Shown: positions 1 to 14,359, counted from the first letter of the stretch. The stretch: 64,000 nucleotides of DNA from Octopus vulgaris (GCA_951406725.2 OX597838.1:3844001-3908000); one strand, 5' to 3'. Numbers and translations: made by a program. The notes: generated from the sequence alone by a model not told the origin.

Positions 1-438
1 GATTGAAACCAAAATGGCAAAGTAAATGTTTCCCTTTTTTCGTTTTTGCTTAATTTTTCTTTCAGAAAAAATAACCCGTACAAAGAGTCGTAGTTAGAAT
101 GGAAGAAAAATGAATATTTAATGGGTAGATTATCTAATCCCCACCCCTTCTGACATGTCATGTGACCTTCTTTGTATCGTCTGCTGATAATTTGTATCGT
201 CTGCTGATAATTCAAGTGGTACTTAGAATACGTAAACTGACATTTTTGTTTTTTCTGCCCTGGTCTGGTCTTGTCTCATGTAGCCAAATGATGCTATACA
301 TACATAAGTATAAATACGTATGTGTAAGCGCGTGTGCATGCGCGTATGTGTGTGTGTGTGTGTGTGCACGCGCATGTGTGTCTGTGTATACAGATACGTA
401 CATATGGACACGCGTGCACACATATGTATGTGTATATA

Positions 439-519
<81 letters not shown>

Positions 520-596
520 ACATATACATTCGTGTATATATATACACACACGTATGGATATGTATTCAAAAGTATATATGTGTATATATATATAGC

Positions 597-675
<79 letters not shown>

Positions 676-779
676 CAATATATTACAGTCATCATCGCAT
701 CGCTGTTTCTGTTGTTATTGTCGTGTTTAATTTCATTCGATATTTTCGTTGATTTTACGATTAAATTTATTAACTTAAA

Positions 780-1085
780 CAATTGCAGCATGGAAGGAGT
801 TCATAAGCCATTTAAAAACACACAAAAGCCGTGAGATTCACTTCAACAATTAAATTGAATTTGTTAAAATATTTTCGTCGCTTTGAGACCGCAACCTGTT
901 AGCTGACAAAATTCCGTGCTGCATCTCTGAGAAAATATTTTGACAAAAATATTTTGACAAATTAAATTTAAATGTTGAAGTGAATCTAACGGTTTTTGTA
1001 TGTTTTTAAACACCTTCCACGCTTCAGCTGTTTTTGTTTCAGCACACGATCTCAGATCAGGTCACTTGCTAAGCAAGTACATCTT
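780..1085. mobile_element. Fold-back copy of a Penelope-like pLTR/retrozyme-type repeat (family also at 55778-55980)
   Basis: ~790-875 is the reverse complement of ~950-1030; homologous to 55778-55980; decayed hammerhead fold on minus strand at 858-911. Confidence 0.6.
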
Positions 1086-1433
1086 TGTAATTTATTAACT
1101 TATTCTTGTATATATTTCAGTTTCCATATCTAAAAACTTCCAAAAATTTGGTTAACACATAGAACATGCCACGGGGAAGAGAGACGGGGAGGAGCAAGGA
1201 GGGAGCGAGAGAAGGAGAGAAGAGGGAGAAAGAGGGGGGGAAGATTGCTAGAGAGACAGCAAAGTGAGGAGGAAGAAGAGGCAGAAGAAAATAGAGGGTG
1301 GTATATAAAGAAAGAAAGAAAGAAAGAAAGAAAGAGAGAAGAAAGAGAGAAAGAGAAAGATAGGAAGAAAGAAAGAAAAGAAGAAAGAAAGAAAGAAGAT
1401 AGATGGATAGATAGATAGATAGATAGATGGATG

Positions 1434-1535
<102 letters not shown>

Positions 1536-2066
1536 AATTGATAGAGAGATGATGGGTGGGGTCTGTTAACAATGCCGTATAGAATTAGATTGTTGTTTTA
1601 AACTCATTTCGAAAATTATAGAAATATGTCACAAAAAAAACGAGGGATAAAAAAAAAAGGAAAAGAATGTAAAAAAAGAAAAAGAAAAAACAGGCACACG
1701 AAAGGGAAAAATATTTTGTCAAAAAAATGTGTTTTGTGATATTTTGCTGAAAGATAAGAGCGAATAAAATGTTGTTTTGTCCGATTCCTGGATGACGAAA
1801 GAATATCATTGACCTCTCATACCCTCTGTTAAATTTAAACAGAGAATTTAATATGTTTTATTGCTCTTTTATACTCTTTTACTGGTTTCGTGTGACTGGA
1901 CTTGTTTACAGCTCTACTACATGGCCGGATTTACGTATGAGCCAGTATGGGCCATGACCCAGAATCTTCCAAGCTTCGGATATCCTATTGACGCAGACAA
2001 GCACAACGCTCGGAGCTGTACTTCACCGAAATAAACCTTGGAGCAATCGAATAAATAATTATTATA

Positions 2067-2258
2067 TGTTGTGTCTGGGGGGAGTCATTTTCTTTTTGTG
2101 CCTTATAATGTAACACACTCACCGGTAAAATTTCCACTTATTTCTTATTTTTATAAAAATTTGAATAAAAATAAAAATAAGAGATAAGTGGAAATTTTAC
2201 CGGTGTGTGTGTTAAATAATAAGGTACAAAAAGAAAATGATTCTCCCTAGACACAACA
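2067..2258. repeat. Fold-back repeat (~85-bp arms), same family as 41440-41575 and 44523-44660
   Basis: tgttgtgtctggggggagtcattttc...accggtaaaatttccactta pairs with taagtggaaattttaccggt...gaaaatgattctccctagacacaaca. Confidence 0.8.
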
Positions 2259-2963
2259 GAATATGCTTCAACACACAAACTCACATAAAGAATCTTGCAA
2301 ACCAAATCCAAAAACGAAAAATTATTATCTGTTTTGTTTTTGTTTGTTTAAATTTTCTTTTAGTCCAATAGGGTTCTTTCAAAATTATTGAGCCCCTATT
2401 TTGATTTATTCGGCTCTTTTAGATTTAAAAAAAGATATTCAATTTAACTGAGTCCCTTTGAATCTACGGAGACCCTACTAAGTTTTAGAGGACTCTTCAA
2501 ACAATCAGGGCTCCCTAGGTTTAATTACCCTTCTTTCTTATCTTCTTGTGTTTGAGTTAAGGGTTTCACTGCGTCTTAATCAAGACGGGACCATGTTGCT
2601 GCACCCACAACTAAATTTGATTTATTCTTTTCTCTTCGTGGCCTTTAATGAAGTTTGTCAGATAAAAATAGTGGCCATATGTAACCAATTTTTTACTAGG
2701 CCTACTCTAAGCATGCGCCTCTAGATCGAAGGTAGATGAAGTTGAGAGAGCACTTGCCCAAGAGGTCAAGGCGATCGTGGTTTTTGTAGGGTTTCCACGA
2801 ACAGCCCGTGGAAGTGACCCTCTTTTGGGGCTTTATTTGTTACAATTTTTATTTTTATTCCCTTTTGACACAATTCGATCCCACTCCATATATACTGTAA
2901 GGTCCTGTACCATTCCGAGTCTTTTTTATATGAAACCTCAGTATTTAATAAAGGATTATCATT

Positions 2964-3136
<173 letters not shown>

Positions 3137-3330
3137 GGCGGCGAACTCGCAGAATCGTTAGCGCAAATGCTTAGCAGCATTTTGTATGTCTTTATGTTCT
3201 GAGTTCACATTCCGCCGAAGTGACTTTTCATTTCATCCTTTTTGGGTCAATGAAATAAGTACCCCAAGTTGAGCACTAGGTGTCGATGAACTTGGCATAA
3301 CCCCTTCTCTGAAATTGCTGGCATTGTGTC
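3137..3330 (+). mobile_element. tRNA-derived SINE, Nin-like domain (family B), diverged
   Basis: ggcggcgaactcgcagaatcgttagc...gagttcacattccgcc...tttcatcctttttgggtcaatgaaataagtacc; homologous to copies at 18335, 23001 and 36120. Confidence 0.75.
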
Positions 3331-3334
3331 AGGT

Positions 3335-3482
3335 TTACTCACTTTTGCCAGCTGAGTGGACTGGAGCAACGTGAAATGAAGTGTTTTGCTCAAGAACACA
3401 ACGCGTTGCCCGGTCCAGGAATCGAAAGCACAATCTTACGATCATGAGTCCAACACCCTTAACCAGTAAACCACGCGCTTCC
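3335..3482 (-). mobile_element. tRNA-derived SINE fragment
   Basis: Minus strand has A-box-like tggtttactggttaagg and B-box-like gcttcgattcc followed by ttcttgagcaaaacacttc. Confidence 0.6.
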
Positions 3483-4354
3483 TCTAGTCAAACACTGGAT
3501 GGAGAGGGTTGCAGCTTGAAGCCATATGTGTAGCAGCAGGATCCGGTTCCTTGCCGTGCTTCCAGAAAGAGACAGAAGGGGTTGTCAGAGAATTTCTACG
3601 ACTTCACCAGCCTCCTAATTCCCTTTATCTTAATCTCGTGGATTACTAGGCTTCGGGGCGCCATCGGGAAAGACAACAACCGCTCTGTCGACAACACCAA
3701 GATCAAAGAGATGTTCGAAGATCATCCCAGAAACCTAATGGGGAAAACATGTGCCAGACTCTAGTGCCATCATGAGATTGTGATGAAGCTGAGGGTGGTT
3801 GCTTTGAATAAACTGTTATCTCCCAGCCATAATCTAGTTGATATCTTTTGATCTTTTAGAATACTTCATTTGTGGATGAAATATTGTTGGAGGCACGGTT
3901 ACCTCCCTTGCGATACTGAAGCACTAACTGATGATCGCCAATTAGTTTGAAATTCATTGATCGTTTAACCAGATGGCGTTGCGGGATGACCGTTGCCTGT
4001 TTTTACACTTCTCATTTAATTGTATAGATTTCGATTGTTTGTTTATTCGTAGGTTTCGTCTCATTCGATACCCTGACCCCAATGTTTGTTTTGTCTGTCC
4101 TCGTATCGTCCCCTCTTTGTCTCAACCTTATGGTTAATAAGGAAATTACTGCTTGTAAACTGAGAAATTTTCTCAATGTCAAATTGCAGTGACAAGCAGA
4201 TTTTAATACAAGTCAAATATGCCCCAAATTTATTTGAACTGATCTGAATGTTTATTTAATCCACAACACTGCTTTTGCAAACCTTCTACACAAGCAAACA
4301 CACACACACACATATTGACACATACATGTCTATCTGTATGTATGCACGTGTATG

Positions 4355-4460
<106 letters not shown>

Positions 4461-4615
4461 TATATTGATTGAGTGCAATATAATTAGTAAGTTCAGTGTA
4501 ATTAACATCGTAATTAAACAGGGAAAGGTAGATATAAGGTTGTGTAATTTACTATGTAAACAATATGCGTGTACACAAACACACACATACACATATGCAT
4601 GTGTATGATATGTAT

Positions 4616-4676
<61 letters not shown>

Positions 4677-5084
4677 AACACACGCGTGTTTGTATATAAG
4701 TTTATATAACTCGTAAACACACAGGCTGCTGTGTGTGTGTGGGGGGGGGGTGATCATCGAGTCGAGTTTACACAGATTCCCATGGCCCTTGTTCTTCCTC
4801 TTCCTTTCATTGTCTCCCATGTCATGTGACATTTCCACTCGATGACATCCAATGTCCTCTCTTAACATGTTTTTACAAAGCGGCCATTTTGCCTTCCTTT
4901 AATAAATATATTTTGATGATGCACAATTCTCCGTTCTTCTTTATAATGCCATCTCTCATTCTTATTACCGTTGAAACACACCCGTATTGAGTTCTACATC
5001 GAGTTATTACCCTCACAATGCCGAAGCATATTAAAACACAATGTATGCGTATAACAGGGTATTTTTGTATACCCTGCTATACAC

Positions 5085-5130
<46 letters not shown>

Positions 5131-5161
5131 GTATGTATACATGTATATGTATACATATATT

Positions 5162-5223
<62 letters not shown>

Positions 5224-5652
5224 CATACTGTTTTATTTGGGTTGGTTATAAATGGGATGCTTAAAGGCATATATATGTACTGTTTTATATAGGATGGTCA
5301 TAAATTGGACCTCTGACGCCCTGGTTGAATATATGTCAGTTTGTCTGTCTGTTTGTCTGTATATTTGTTCGTCTGTCTAACTGTCCGTCTATCTCTCTAT
5401 CTATATCTCTCTCTCTCTCCTTTTCTCTGTCCATCTATCTATTGCAATTTTTTCTCTCTCCATTTTTTCTTCTTTTTTTCTCATTCTCTCTCCATTTTTT
5501 TGTCTCAATCCCTTCTGTCGAAGAGCGTAGGCTGGAAACGTCAAAGACTTTTTCATTCTTCCCGATCGTCATACTAATACACCCGCTGGTTGTTCTCTCA
5601 CCTTTTTTCATCTTTTGTTTTCTGTCAATCTGAACTATATATATATATATAT

Positions 5653-5769
<117 letters not shown>

Positions 5770-5827
5770 TATATATATATATACATATATACTTACATTT
5801 TATATCAGACAGACAGACAGACACGTG

Positions 5828-5927
<100 letters not shown>

Positions 5928-6377
5928 TACGTATATTCAGCCATGGCGTGGTAGAAGTCCCCCATTTTTAGAATCTCTGGTTTCCGTATCCTCCGGGGAG
6001 ATTCAGAAAGTGCCCAAGCTAACCTCGTGCGGTTAAGAAGCATAAGTTTCCTTCGTTGCGTCGCTCTTCGATCTGGAGTTCAAATCACAGTTTGTTGAAT
6101 TCCCTGCCTTGGACGCCCCCGCGCCCCGCCCCTCACCACCGCTCCTCGTATTCTTCCTCGTCCATTATCCACCCACTTTGAGCTCAGTCAAGTGGTTTGC
6201 ACTCAGTTCCCAACAGCATTAGAATGTCGTCTCATTTTTACTTTCTCTTGTTTTTATATCTGCCCTCTGTGTGTGTGTGTGTGTGCATATCTACTTGTGT
6301 GTTTGTGTGTGTGTGGAATGGGCTTTTATACATACATACATATATACATACATATATATATATATATATATAAACAG

Positions 6378-6443
<66 letters not shown>

Positions 6444-6460
6444 CATATATATATATTATG

Positions 6461-6499
<39 letters not shown>

Positions 6500-7180
6500 C
6501 ATATATATTATGTATGTATATATATATATATATGTTTTATATATATATATATAACTTATATATACATACGTATTTATATATGTATGTATTACTGCTGTTG
6601 TTTTTCTGTTGAAGTTTTGTCTTCTACGAAGACAATAACCAGAAGCATATCTTTGGACAAAAGACAAACGGCAGAAATGCAGGGATATATGTGAGAGGCG
6701 GGGGGGGGGTAAGAGAAGTAAGATCATTGACTAGAAAGAGAGAGGGAGAGAGAGAGAAGGGAGGGAGTGTGTGTGTTTGAGAGAGAGACAGAGAGAGATA
6801 CCGAGATAGAGTGAGAGAGATGTAGGGAGGAGAAGGAGATGGAGAAAGGGGTGTCTACGAAGTGATAAAGGTTATTATTGAGGGAGGAAAAAAGGTTTTG
6901 GGCGTTGGTTGGTAAATAGCGAAATGTAATTAAACTTTCTTCACTTGAGTTTTTATAAACAATCAATGGTGGTGGTAGTGGCAGTGGTTGGTGATGGTGG
7001 TGGTGACGTACTTGCTGTGGTAGTAGTGGCTGAGATGGTAGTAGTGGTTGTCGCGGTAGTAGTGGTTGCGGTGGTTGTATGGTGGTGGTGGTGGTGATGC
7101 TGCTAATAGTAGTGGTGGTGGTTGTGGTGACGATGGTGACGTGGTTGCGGTGGTGGTAGTGGTTCCTGTTTCTGTTGTAC

Positions 7181-7354
7181 CTGTATTTCAAAGGACCAGC
7201 CTTGTTGCACTCTGTGTCATGCTGAATCTCCTTGAGACACGTGTCTGTGGAATATTCAGCCACTTGCACGTTAATTTCACGAGCAGGCTGTTCCGTTGAT
7301 CGTATCAGCTGGAAGCCTCGTCGTCGCAACCGACGGAGTGTCACGACGAGGATG
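7181..7354 (-). CDS. Candidate internal coding exon (174 nt, phase 2-2): end of a TM helix and juxtamembrane tail, gene unidentified
   Basis: Acceptor atttag|C and donor CAG|gtacaa; open frame ILVVTLRRLRRRGFQLIRSTEQPAREINVQVAEYSTDTCLKEIQHDTECNKAGPLKY; unique GC-balanced island. Confidence 0.55.
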
Positions 7355-8077
7355 CTAAATATATATATATATATATAAGTTAAAATTAAAGTTTAGATTT
7401 AAATTTTAAACTTAAACTGCGTATTGGGTATATCTCATGTAGTATGCCTACAAAGCACGTTCACTGCTAATGGCTACCTGGTGTCTTCCACGGTAACTGC
7501 GCAATTGCTGCTCGATCTACGTTAGGAATTCCTCAGTATCTATAAACAATGGATACGAAACGTAGAATATGCTGGAAACTTTATTTATCACAACGACCGT
7601 TTCGACACATCCTGCATCGCTACCTCTTTGGTAGTAAACTACACAACAAATTACAGTACACCTCAAAGTGCAGAAACATTTCTTCAGGTGATGCAACATA
7701 GTTCATCGTTACATAAGTGACATTTCGCTCTTAGACTTAACTAAAGCATGTTGGTAATAGTGGTATCTAAAATATTTTAGATACGACTATTATCACATAT
7801 GTGTATGTGCATGTGTGTGTGTGAGGGGGTGTTATGGAAAATAACATTTTGTTTCGTAGAGCGTAGAATCTGAATAATTTTTGAATAAAAAACCAATTTA
7901 AAGATGGAAATGATAAAGAACATACTAGGTTCTATAACTAGAGTTATGACTGGCCTGCGAACGGTTCCTGTCTACCGAATTCCATCCACGAGGCTATAGT
8001 TAATACAGACGTTCGGCCAAAGTGCCGTGCAGTGGATTCGAACCGAGAATGACAAAGATACAAAGCCATCTTCATAA

Positions 8078-8118
<41 letters not shown>

Positions 8119-8586
8119 TACTTCTATATAAATACATCTATATAAAAAAGAGATGGTCACGACTGGGGCGCCTCGGTCAGAGCTGATCTTGCATAACACA
8201 CTACTATGGCTAACTATTCAGGAAGATTATAAGAGGATCTATATGTGGTCTTTCTATTTGCTGGAAATAATAGGGAAAATAACAAGCTTGTGCAGCAAGG
8301 AAGGAGTGAGGTGGGTGGAGAAGGTAAAAGGAGAGTGGGGGGGAAAGCACAGCAGTGCGGTGAATTTACAGGTTGCATTTGCGTTAAGCCAATCCAAATA
8401 CACAGTATTCAGCGATGTGACACGACAGCCTTAATTATAACAAAACGGGTTTAATTTTCGAAGGGGTTTTGAGCGTCGGAAGACGGGGGGGGGCACTTCA
8501 TTCAAGAAGATAAAACAATCATGTACACATAACACAGATATAGACAGATAGACATATACAAGCACGCATGTATATGTGTGTGTGTT

Positions 8587-8636
<50 letters not shown>

Positions 8637-8761
8637 CGTGTGTGTGTGCATGCATGTATTTAATTAATATATATATAACATACATACATGTGTATGTATG
8701 TATTAGTAAATATATCCGTATAAACACTCATATATGTGTGTGTTTGAAATACGTGTGTACA

Positions 8762-8810
<49 letters not shown>

Positions 8811-9129
8811 ATCTATACACACACACACATATGTAATATATACATACATACATACATACATACATACTTACATATATGTATGTGCATGTATGAACGTGTG
8901 CATGCATGTGTGTATGTCTATAAAAGTTTGTGTATACACCCCCACCATGCCACCCCCCGCCACCACTCCACACACACCCCTACACGTATTCATAACAGGA
9001 AATTGAGATTGTCTTAACAGCGTAACACCGTTCTTGATGAGAAAAGGTGTTTCATGTGAATGAAAAGACGCCATACATACACAACACACACACACACATA
9101 TACACATATATATATACATACACACACAC

Positions 9130-9219
<90 letters not shown>

Positions 9220-9330
9220 GCCTATATATATGAATATACGTATATATATATATATATATACATATACATACAAATACATGTGTATATGTATATATAGCTA
9301 TATATTTATATACATATATATATATATGTA

Positions 9331-9404
<74 letters not shown>

Positions 9405-9853
9405 ATATACGTATGTATGTATGTATGTATGTATGTATGTCCGTATGTATGTCATTATAACACTGTTCTTAATGAGAAGAGGTGTTTGTTGAGGAGAGAA
9501 GTCGGGTTTGATGTGTTAACGAGTTAACAGTCTCAACAATGAAGCCATCTTGTTCGCTATTATCGCCATTGTCTCACTCTATACAACATATACAAAGTAG
9601 ATTCAAAGGCACAACCCTTCCTTGCCCTTCCACCCTTTCCGATATCGCTCTAATTGCGGGCTCGTTTACTTGGCAGGATAGTGGGGGTGGTGGGGGTCAT
9701 ATCGTCGTCGTCGTCATCGCTGTTGTCGTTGTTGTTGTTGTTGTTGTTGTTATGGAACAATAGAACTTCATCTGTTACGGTACCCACTTGAATAGAGAAA
9801 CAATAACACAAACACTGCACGCACACACACACACACACACACATGCACACATG

Positions 9854-9885
<32 letters not shown>

Positions 9886-10849
9886 AACATACATGTATAC
9901 ATATTCATATATATATACAAACACACGCACATGCTTACACACATTTATATATATACTTATATGTATATATACATATATACACATACATATATGCTTTCAT
10001 ATATATATATATAAACATACATATATGCTTACATATATATATATATATATATACATACACACACACTTGTGTGTATGTATATAAGCATTTATGTATTTGT
10101 ATATATGTAACATACAAACGCACACATGCGCACAAGCACTCACACACACACCACACACACACCACACACACACACCACACCACACACACACACCACACAC
10201 ACACACACCACACTCGCAGATACAAACACATACTTGTGAAGTAGGTTTGCGCAGTGCACAGCAGCAACACACAAGAAGCTTAAAGCCACAAACACTGACA
10301 CACACATATATATACACTCACCCGAATATACATACATACATACATACATACATACATACATACATACATACATACATACATACACGTAGATCTTCATTAA
10401 GTGTTTTTGTCTTTGTATTAATATAAACGAATCCAAGAAGAGAAGGATCTAGAAATAGCAGCCAAATCTCCCTACGGTTTTTGATAATGCTGACCAAAAT
10501 TGTTCCAAAGAATAGAATTTGGGTTCGGTGTCACTGCGCGGCACCATAGGCTAGTGTCTTCTGTTAAAGTCCCAGGGAACGACCAATGCCATGTGAGGGA
10601 ATTTGGTAGACGGAAACTGAAAGAAATCCCTTATATATATATATATTATTTTATTGTTTTGCTTCAGTCATTTGACTGCGGCCATGCTGGAGCACCGCCT
10701 TTAGTCGAAAAAATCAACCCCACGTACTTATTCTGTCGGTCTGTTTTGCCGAACCGATAAGTTACGGGGACGTAAACACACCAACAAAATGTTTGATATA
10801 ATAATTATGATTTACTTAACTTTAAAATTATCCTTTAAAAAAACAATAA

Positions 10850-11386
10850 AAGAAATTACAAAAACAAGTACAAAGTTCGAACCCGTCAGCCTGTACGGCC
10901 CAGCAACTATCTTTTTTCCTTTCCTTGATGATTAAGCTGGGTTACTGACACCCACCTTTCTCATCACATCCTTCCGACGTTTCTTATACTCTTTCTGTGG
11001 CAGGGTCTTCCTCTCCAACCCCATCTTGCTCTTCAGATGGTAAGTTAACAAACCGGGGCCAGAGACGAAGGACCCTGTCACTAAACCTTCCATTCTTGTT
11101 CTCCACACACACTCAATATTGCCACCGTACAGTAAAAACAAGCCCCACCTTCCTTTGAGAGTCCAGTTGGCGGTATCATCTTTATCATAGATCCAGCCGA
11201 CAGCTGTACTCGTCCCAGATGCGACAACACGTGTTCTACGTAACTTATCAAGCTTGACTGCTCCCGACAATGTCCAAAAGCGTGCTGAACGGTTTCATCG
11301 TCCAGCCCACATCTTGGACACGTCGGTGGTTCTGACATTCCGTGCCTCGATAACTTATCGCGAAGCTCGGCTAGAGATGGAGACAC
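10850..11386 (-). mobile_element. Non-LTR retrotransposon (Tx1/L1-like) ORF2 3' fragment, frameshifted
   Basis: CPRCGLDDETVQHAFGHC matches the C-terminal CCHC knuckle of L1/Tx1 ORF2; continues in another frame as VWRTR... Confidence 0.75.
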
Positions 11387-11589
11387 TAAATTCTTGTTCG
11401 AAATACATATTTTTCGAAGTGATTCACCATCACAGATCTCATCAATAGAAAAATTATTATTTCTAAATCTCTGAAAGATTTCAGAGGTATCGACTGAAAG
11501 TACACCGTTTCAACGTACTCTACACAGCAACGAAAACCTTTGAGAAGAGTCCTTGTTTTCATCTCAAATAAAATATATGTACGCTCTTC

Positions 11590-11677
<88 letters not shown>

Positions 11678-11695
11678 GTTCTGTACAATGGCTAC

Positions 11696-11959
11696 GTCAC
11701 AAACATACATTTGCGGGGATGTCAGTGGTCTCAAGATAATGTCGTTGCCATCTCTTCCGGTTTCTGTCGCAATTTCCTTTCGTTATTGCTTAGCACGTTT
11801 TAAGGCTGTAAACTGCATGGTTAACCCATCGGTCTACTCGTTAAACAACAGCAGCAGCAACAACTATAGTTTGGTGTGGAGGGAGACGGGGCGGAGCGGT
11901 GTACACTTGCAATATTATCTTGAGACCATTGACATCTCTCACTCGCAATATCTTGTGAC
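11696..11959. mobile_element. MITE-like element with imperfect ~50-bp terminal inverted repeats
   Basis: gtcacaa...gatgtcagtggtctcaagataatg mirrors attatcttgagaccattgacatc...ttgtgac. Confidence 0.5.
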
Positions 11960-13300
11960 ATCGAAACCGCACTAACCTAATTAGAGTTGATGGATAAGGG
12001 AGTGGGCAAGGGGGAAGGTTCCGGTGGGTGTGATCTGGGTTGTCATTGGTGGAGGTGGCGGTGGTGGTAGTGGTGGTGGCGATAGTGGTGGTGGTGGTGG
12101 TGGTGGTGGTGGTATTGGTGGAAGTGGAAGTGGTAGTCGTGGAGATGATAGTAGTGTTAGCAGTGGTGATGATGATGATGATGATGGAGATGGTGGTGGT
12201 GTTGGTATGGATATATTTATTATAATGGTGGTGGTGGTGATGGTGGTGGTAGTGATAATAGTGGTGGTGGCGGCGGTGATGATGGTGACGGTGATGGTGG
12301 TGACGGTGGTAGTGGTGGTGGTGGTGGTGGTGGTGGTGGTGATGAGGATGATGATGATTATGATGCTGACGATAACGCTGACGACAATGGCAAAACAATA
12401 AATTTTATGCACTTTCTATAAATGAGAGAAACCTCTACGTCATCACTCGACCTGCTAAAAATTGCAGCTAAATTCCGATCAAAAGCCACACTCCGCCGTC
12501 TTCATCTTAAAACAAAAGGAAAGTACCTATACAAACACACACACACACACACACACACAACAAACTCTTACATATCTCATAACGTGATGGTCTCGGATGG
12601 AAAGTCTTTTATATTTCCATTGGTTTAGTCGATCACGGTTGAATTGTGGCTAAACAAGAGGAACAACTACCACCACCATCGCCACCTCTGTAACTGGGGG
12701 GGGGGAGATGAAAGATAAACTGTAGCCCCCAGCAAGATTTGAACTCATAACGTGAAGGCTTTAAACGTGACTAAACTGCAATATGGTAATTTGTCCATCG
12801 GGCGCTCTACCGACTCTGCCATCCATCATTCGCCGGAATTCTCCTTCTGTTGATAATTATTGCCAAAGAGCAGAATGTGTGGTTCGTCCTGGCTTCTGAC
12901 CAAAATATTAATGGAGTGGACAGTAAATGGACATTAAATATTGATAACACACACACACATACACACACACCATACCACACCACACCACAATACACACACA
13001 CACATACATACACACACATATACACACATACATATACGGACACACAGAGTTCGTGCGCTTGTAGTGGTCACACGTGCAATATGGCGGCTATAGTTAGTGG
13101 GGAAGAGAGAGAAAGAACGAGAGTGAGAGGGAGAAAGTGAGAGAGACAGACGTTTGTGTGTGTGTGTGTGTGTGTAAATATATATATATATAAGTACAGG
13201 GTTAGAAATATGAGGGGGAGTGAGAGGGCATAGAAAGAGGAAGAAGGATAGAGATCAAGGAGAGGGAAGGAGAGAGAAAAAGAGAGTGAAAGACAAATAG

Positions 13301-13340
<40 letters not shown>

Positions 13341-13653
13341 GGGAAGGGGAAATAAGGGAGGCCCGGGAGCACATGGACTAATAGACAAGTGGAATGAGAG
13401 GGAGATAGACAGAGAGTGGAGGTCAGTGACCAAGGGGAGAAGAGAGAGAAGGGAAGGGAGAGAGAGAGAGCGGCACGGGATCAGTGTCACATGTGGAGAA
13501 GCACAAGGATTCAGACCAAGCAGAGGGGGAGGGAAAGAGGTGGCACAGCGACAGAGATATAAAGGGACGGAGATAGAGAGGTGGAGCACAGGAGGAGAGA
13601 CTAAGCGGAGGGAGAGAGGGGTGGCAGAGGAGCAGAGGAGCAGAGACCCAAGG

Positions 13654-13713
<60 letters not shown>

Positions 13714-13863
13714 TGATAAGTATGGCAGAGGGACAAAGTTGACTGTAGCAGAGACATGTGCTTGGACAGAAATATAAAACAGACCAATAAGAACCTTGGA
13801 AATGAGTAGATCTGAAGTCATAGATGGTCACATCCTGTATAGTATTATATAATGATGTATGTG

Positions 13864-13949
<86 letters not shown>

Positions 13950-13957
13950 CGTATATA

Positions 13958-13988
<31 letters not shown>

Positions 13989-13989
<1 letters not shown>

Positions 13990-14300
13990 GCACAGGAGTG
14001 GCTGTGTGGTAAGTAGCTTGCTTACCAGCCACATGGTTCCGGGTTCAGTCCCACTGCGTGGCACCTTGGGCAAGTGTTTTCTACTATAGCCTCGGGCCGA
14101 CCAAAGCCTTGTGAGTAGACGGAAACTGAAAGAAGCCCATCGTATATATGTATACATATGTATGTGTGTGTTTGTGTGTCTGTTTCCCCCCCCCCCAACA
14201 TCACTTGACAACCGATGCTGGTGGGTTTACGTCCCCGTAACTTAGTGGTTCGACAAAAGAGACCGATAGAATAAGAACTAGGCTTACAAAGAATAAGTCC
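13989..14300 (+). mobile_element. tRNA-derived CORE-like SINE (family A), 3' truncated
   Basis: ggagtggctgtgtggtaag (A box) and gggttcagtccc (B box), ccttgggcaagtg core, internal TA/TG tract; more than 15 copies or fragments in the window. Confidence 0.85.
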
Positions 14301-14304
14301 TATA

Positions 14305-14349
<45 letters not shown>

Positions 14350-14359
14350 ATATATATAC

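Noticed and set aside
3910-3963. CTGAAG...ACTAA/TTAGT...GAAA possible hammerhead and upstream 60-aa ORF
   Set aside because: Core incomplete; the ORF has no recognisable GIY-YIG motif.
13989-14060. tRNA-like A/B boxes (here and in other SINE heads)
   Set aside because: No cloverleaf; they are SINE heads.
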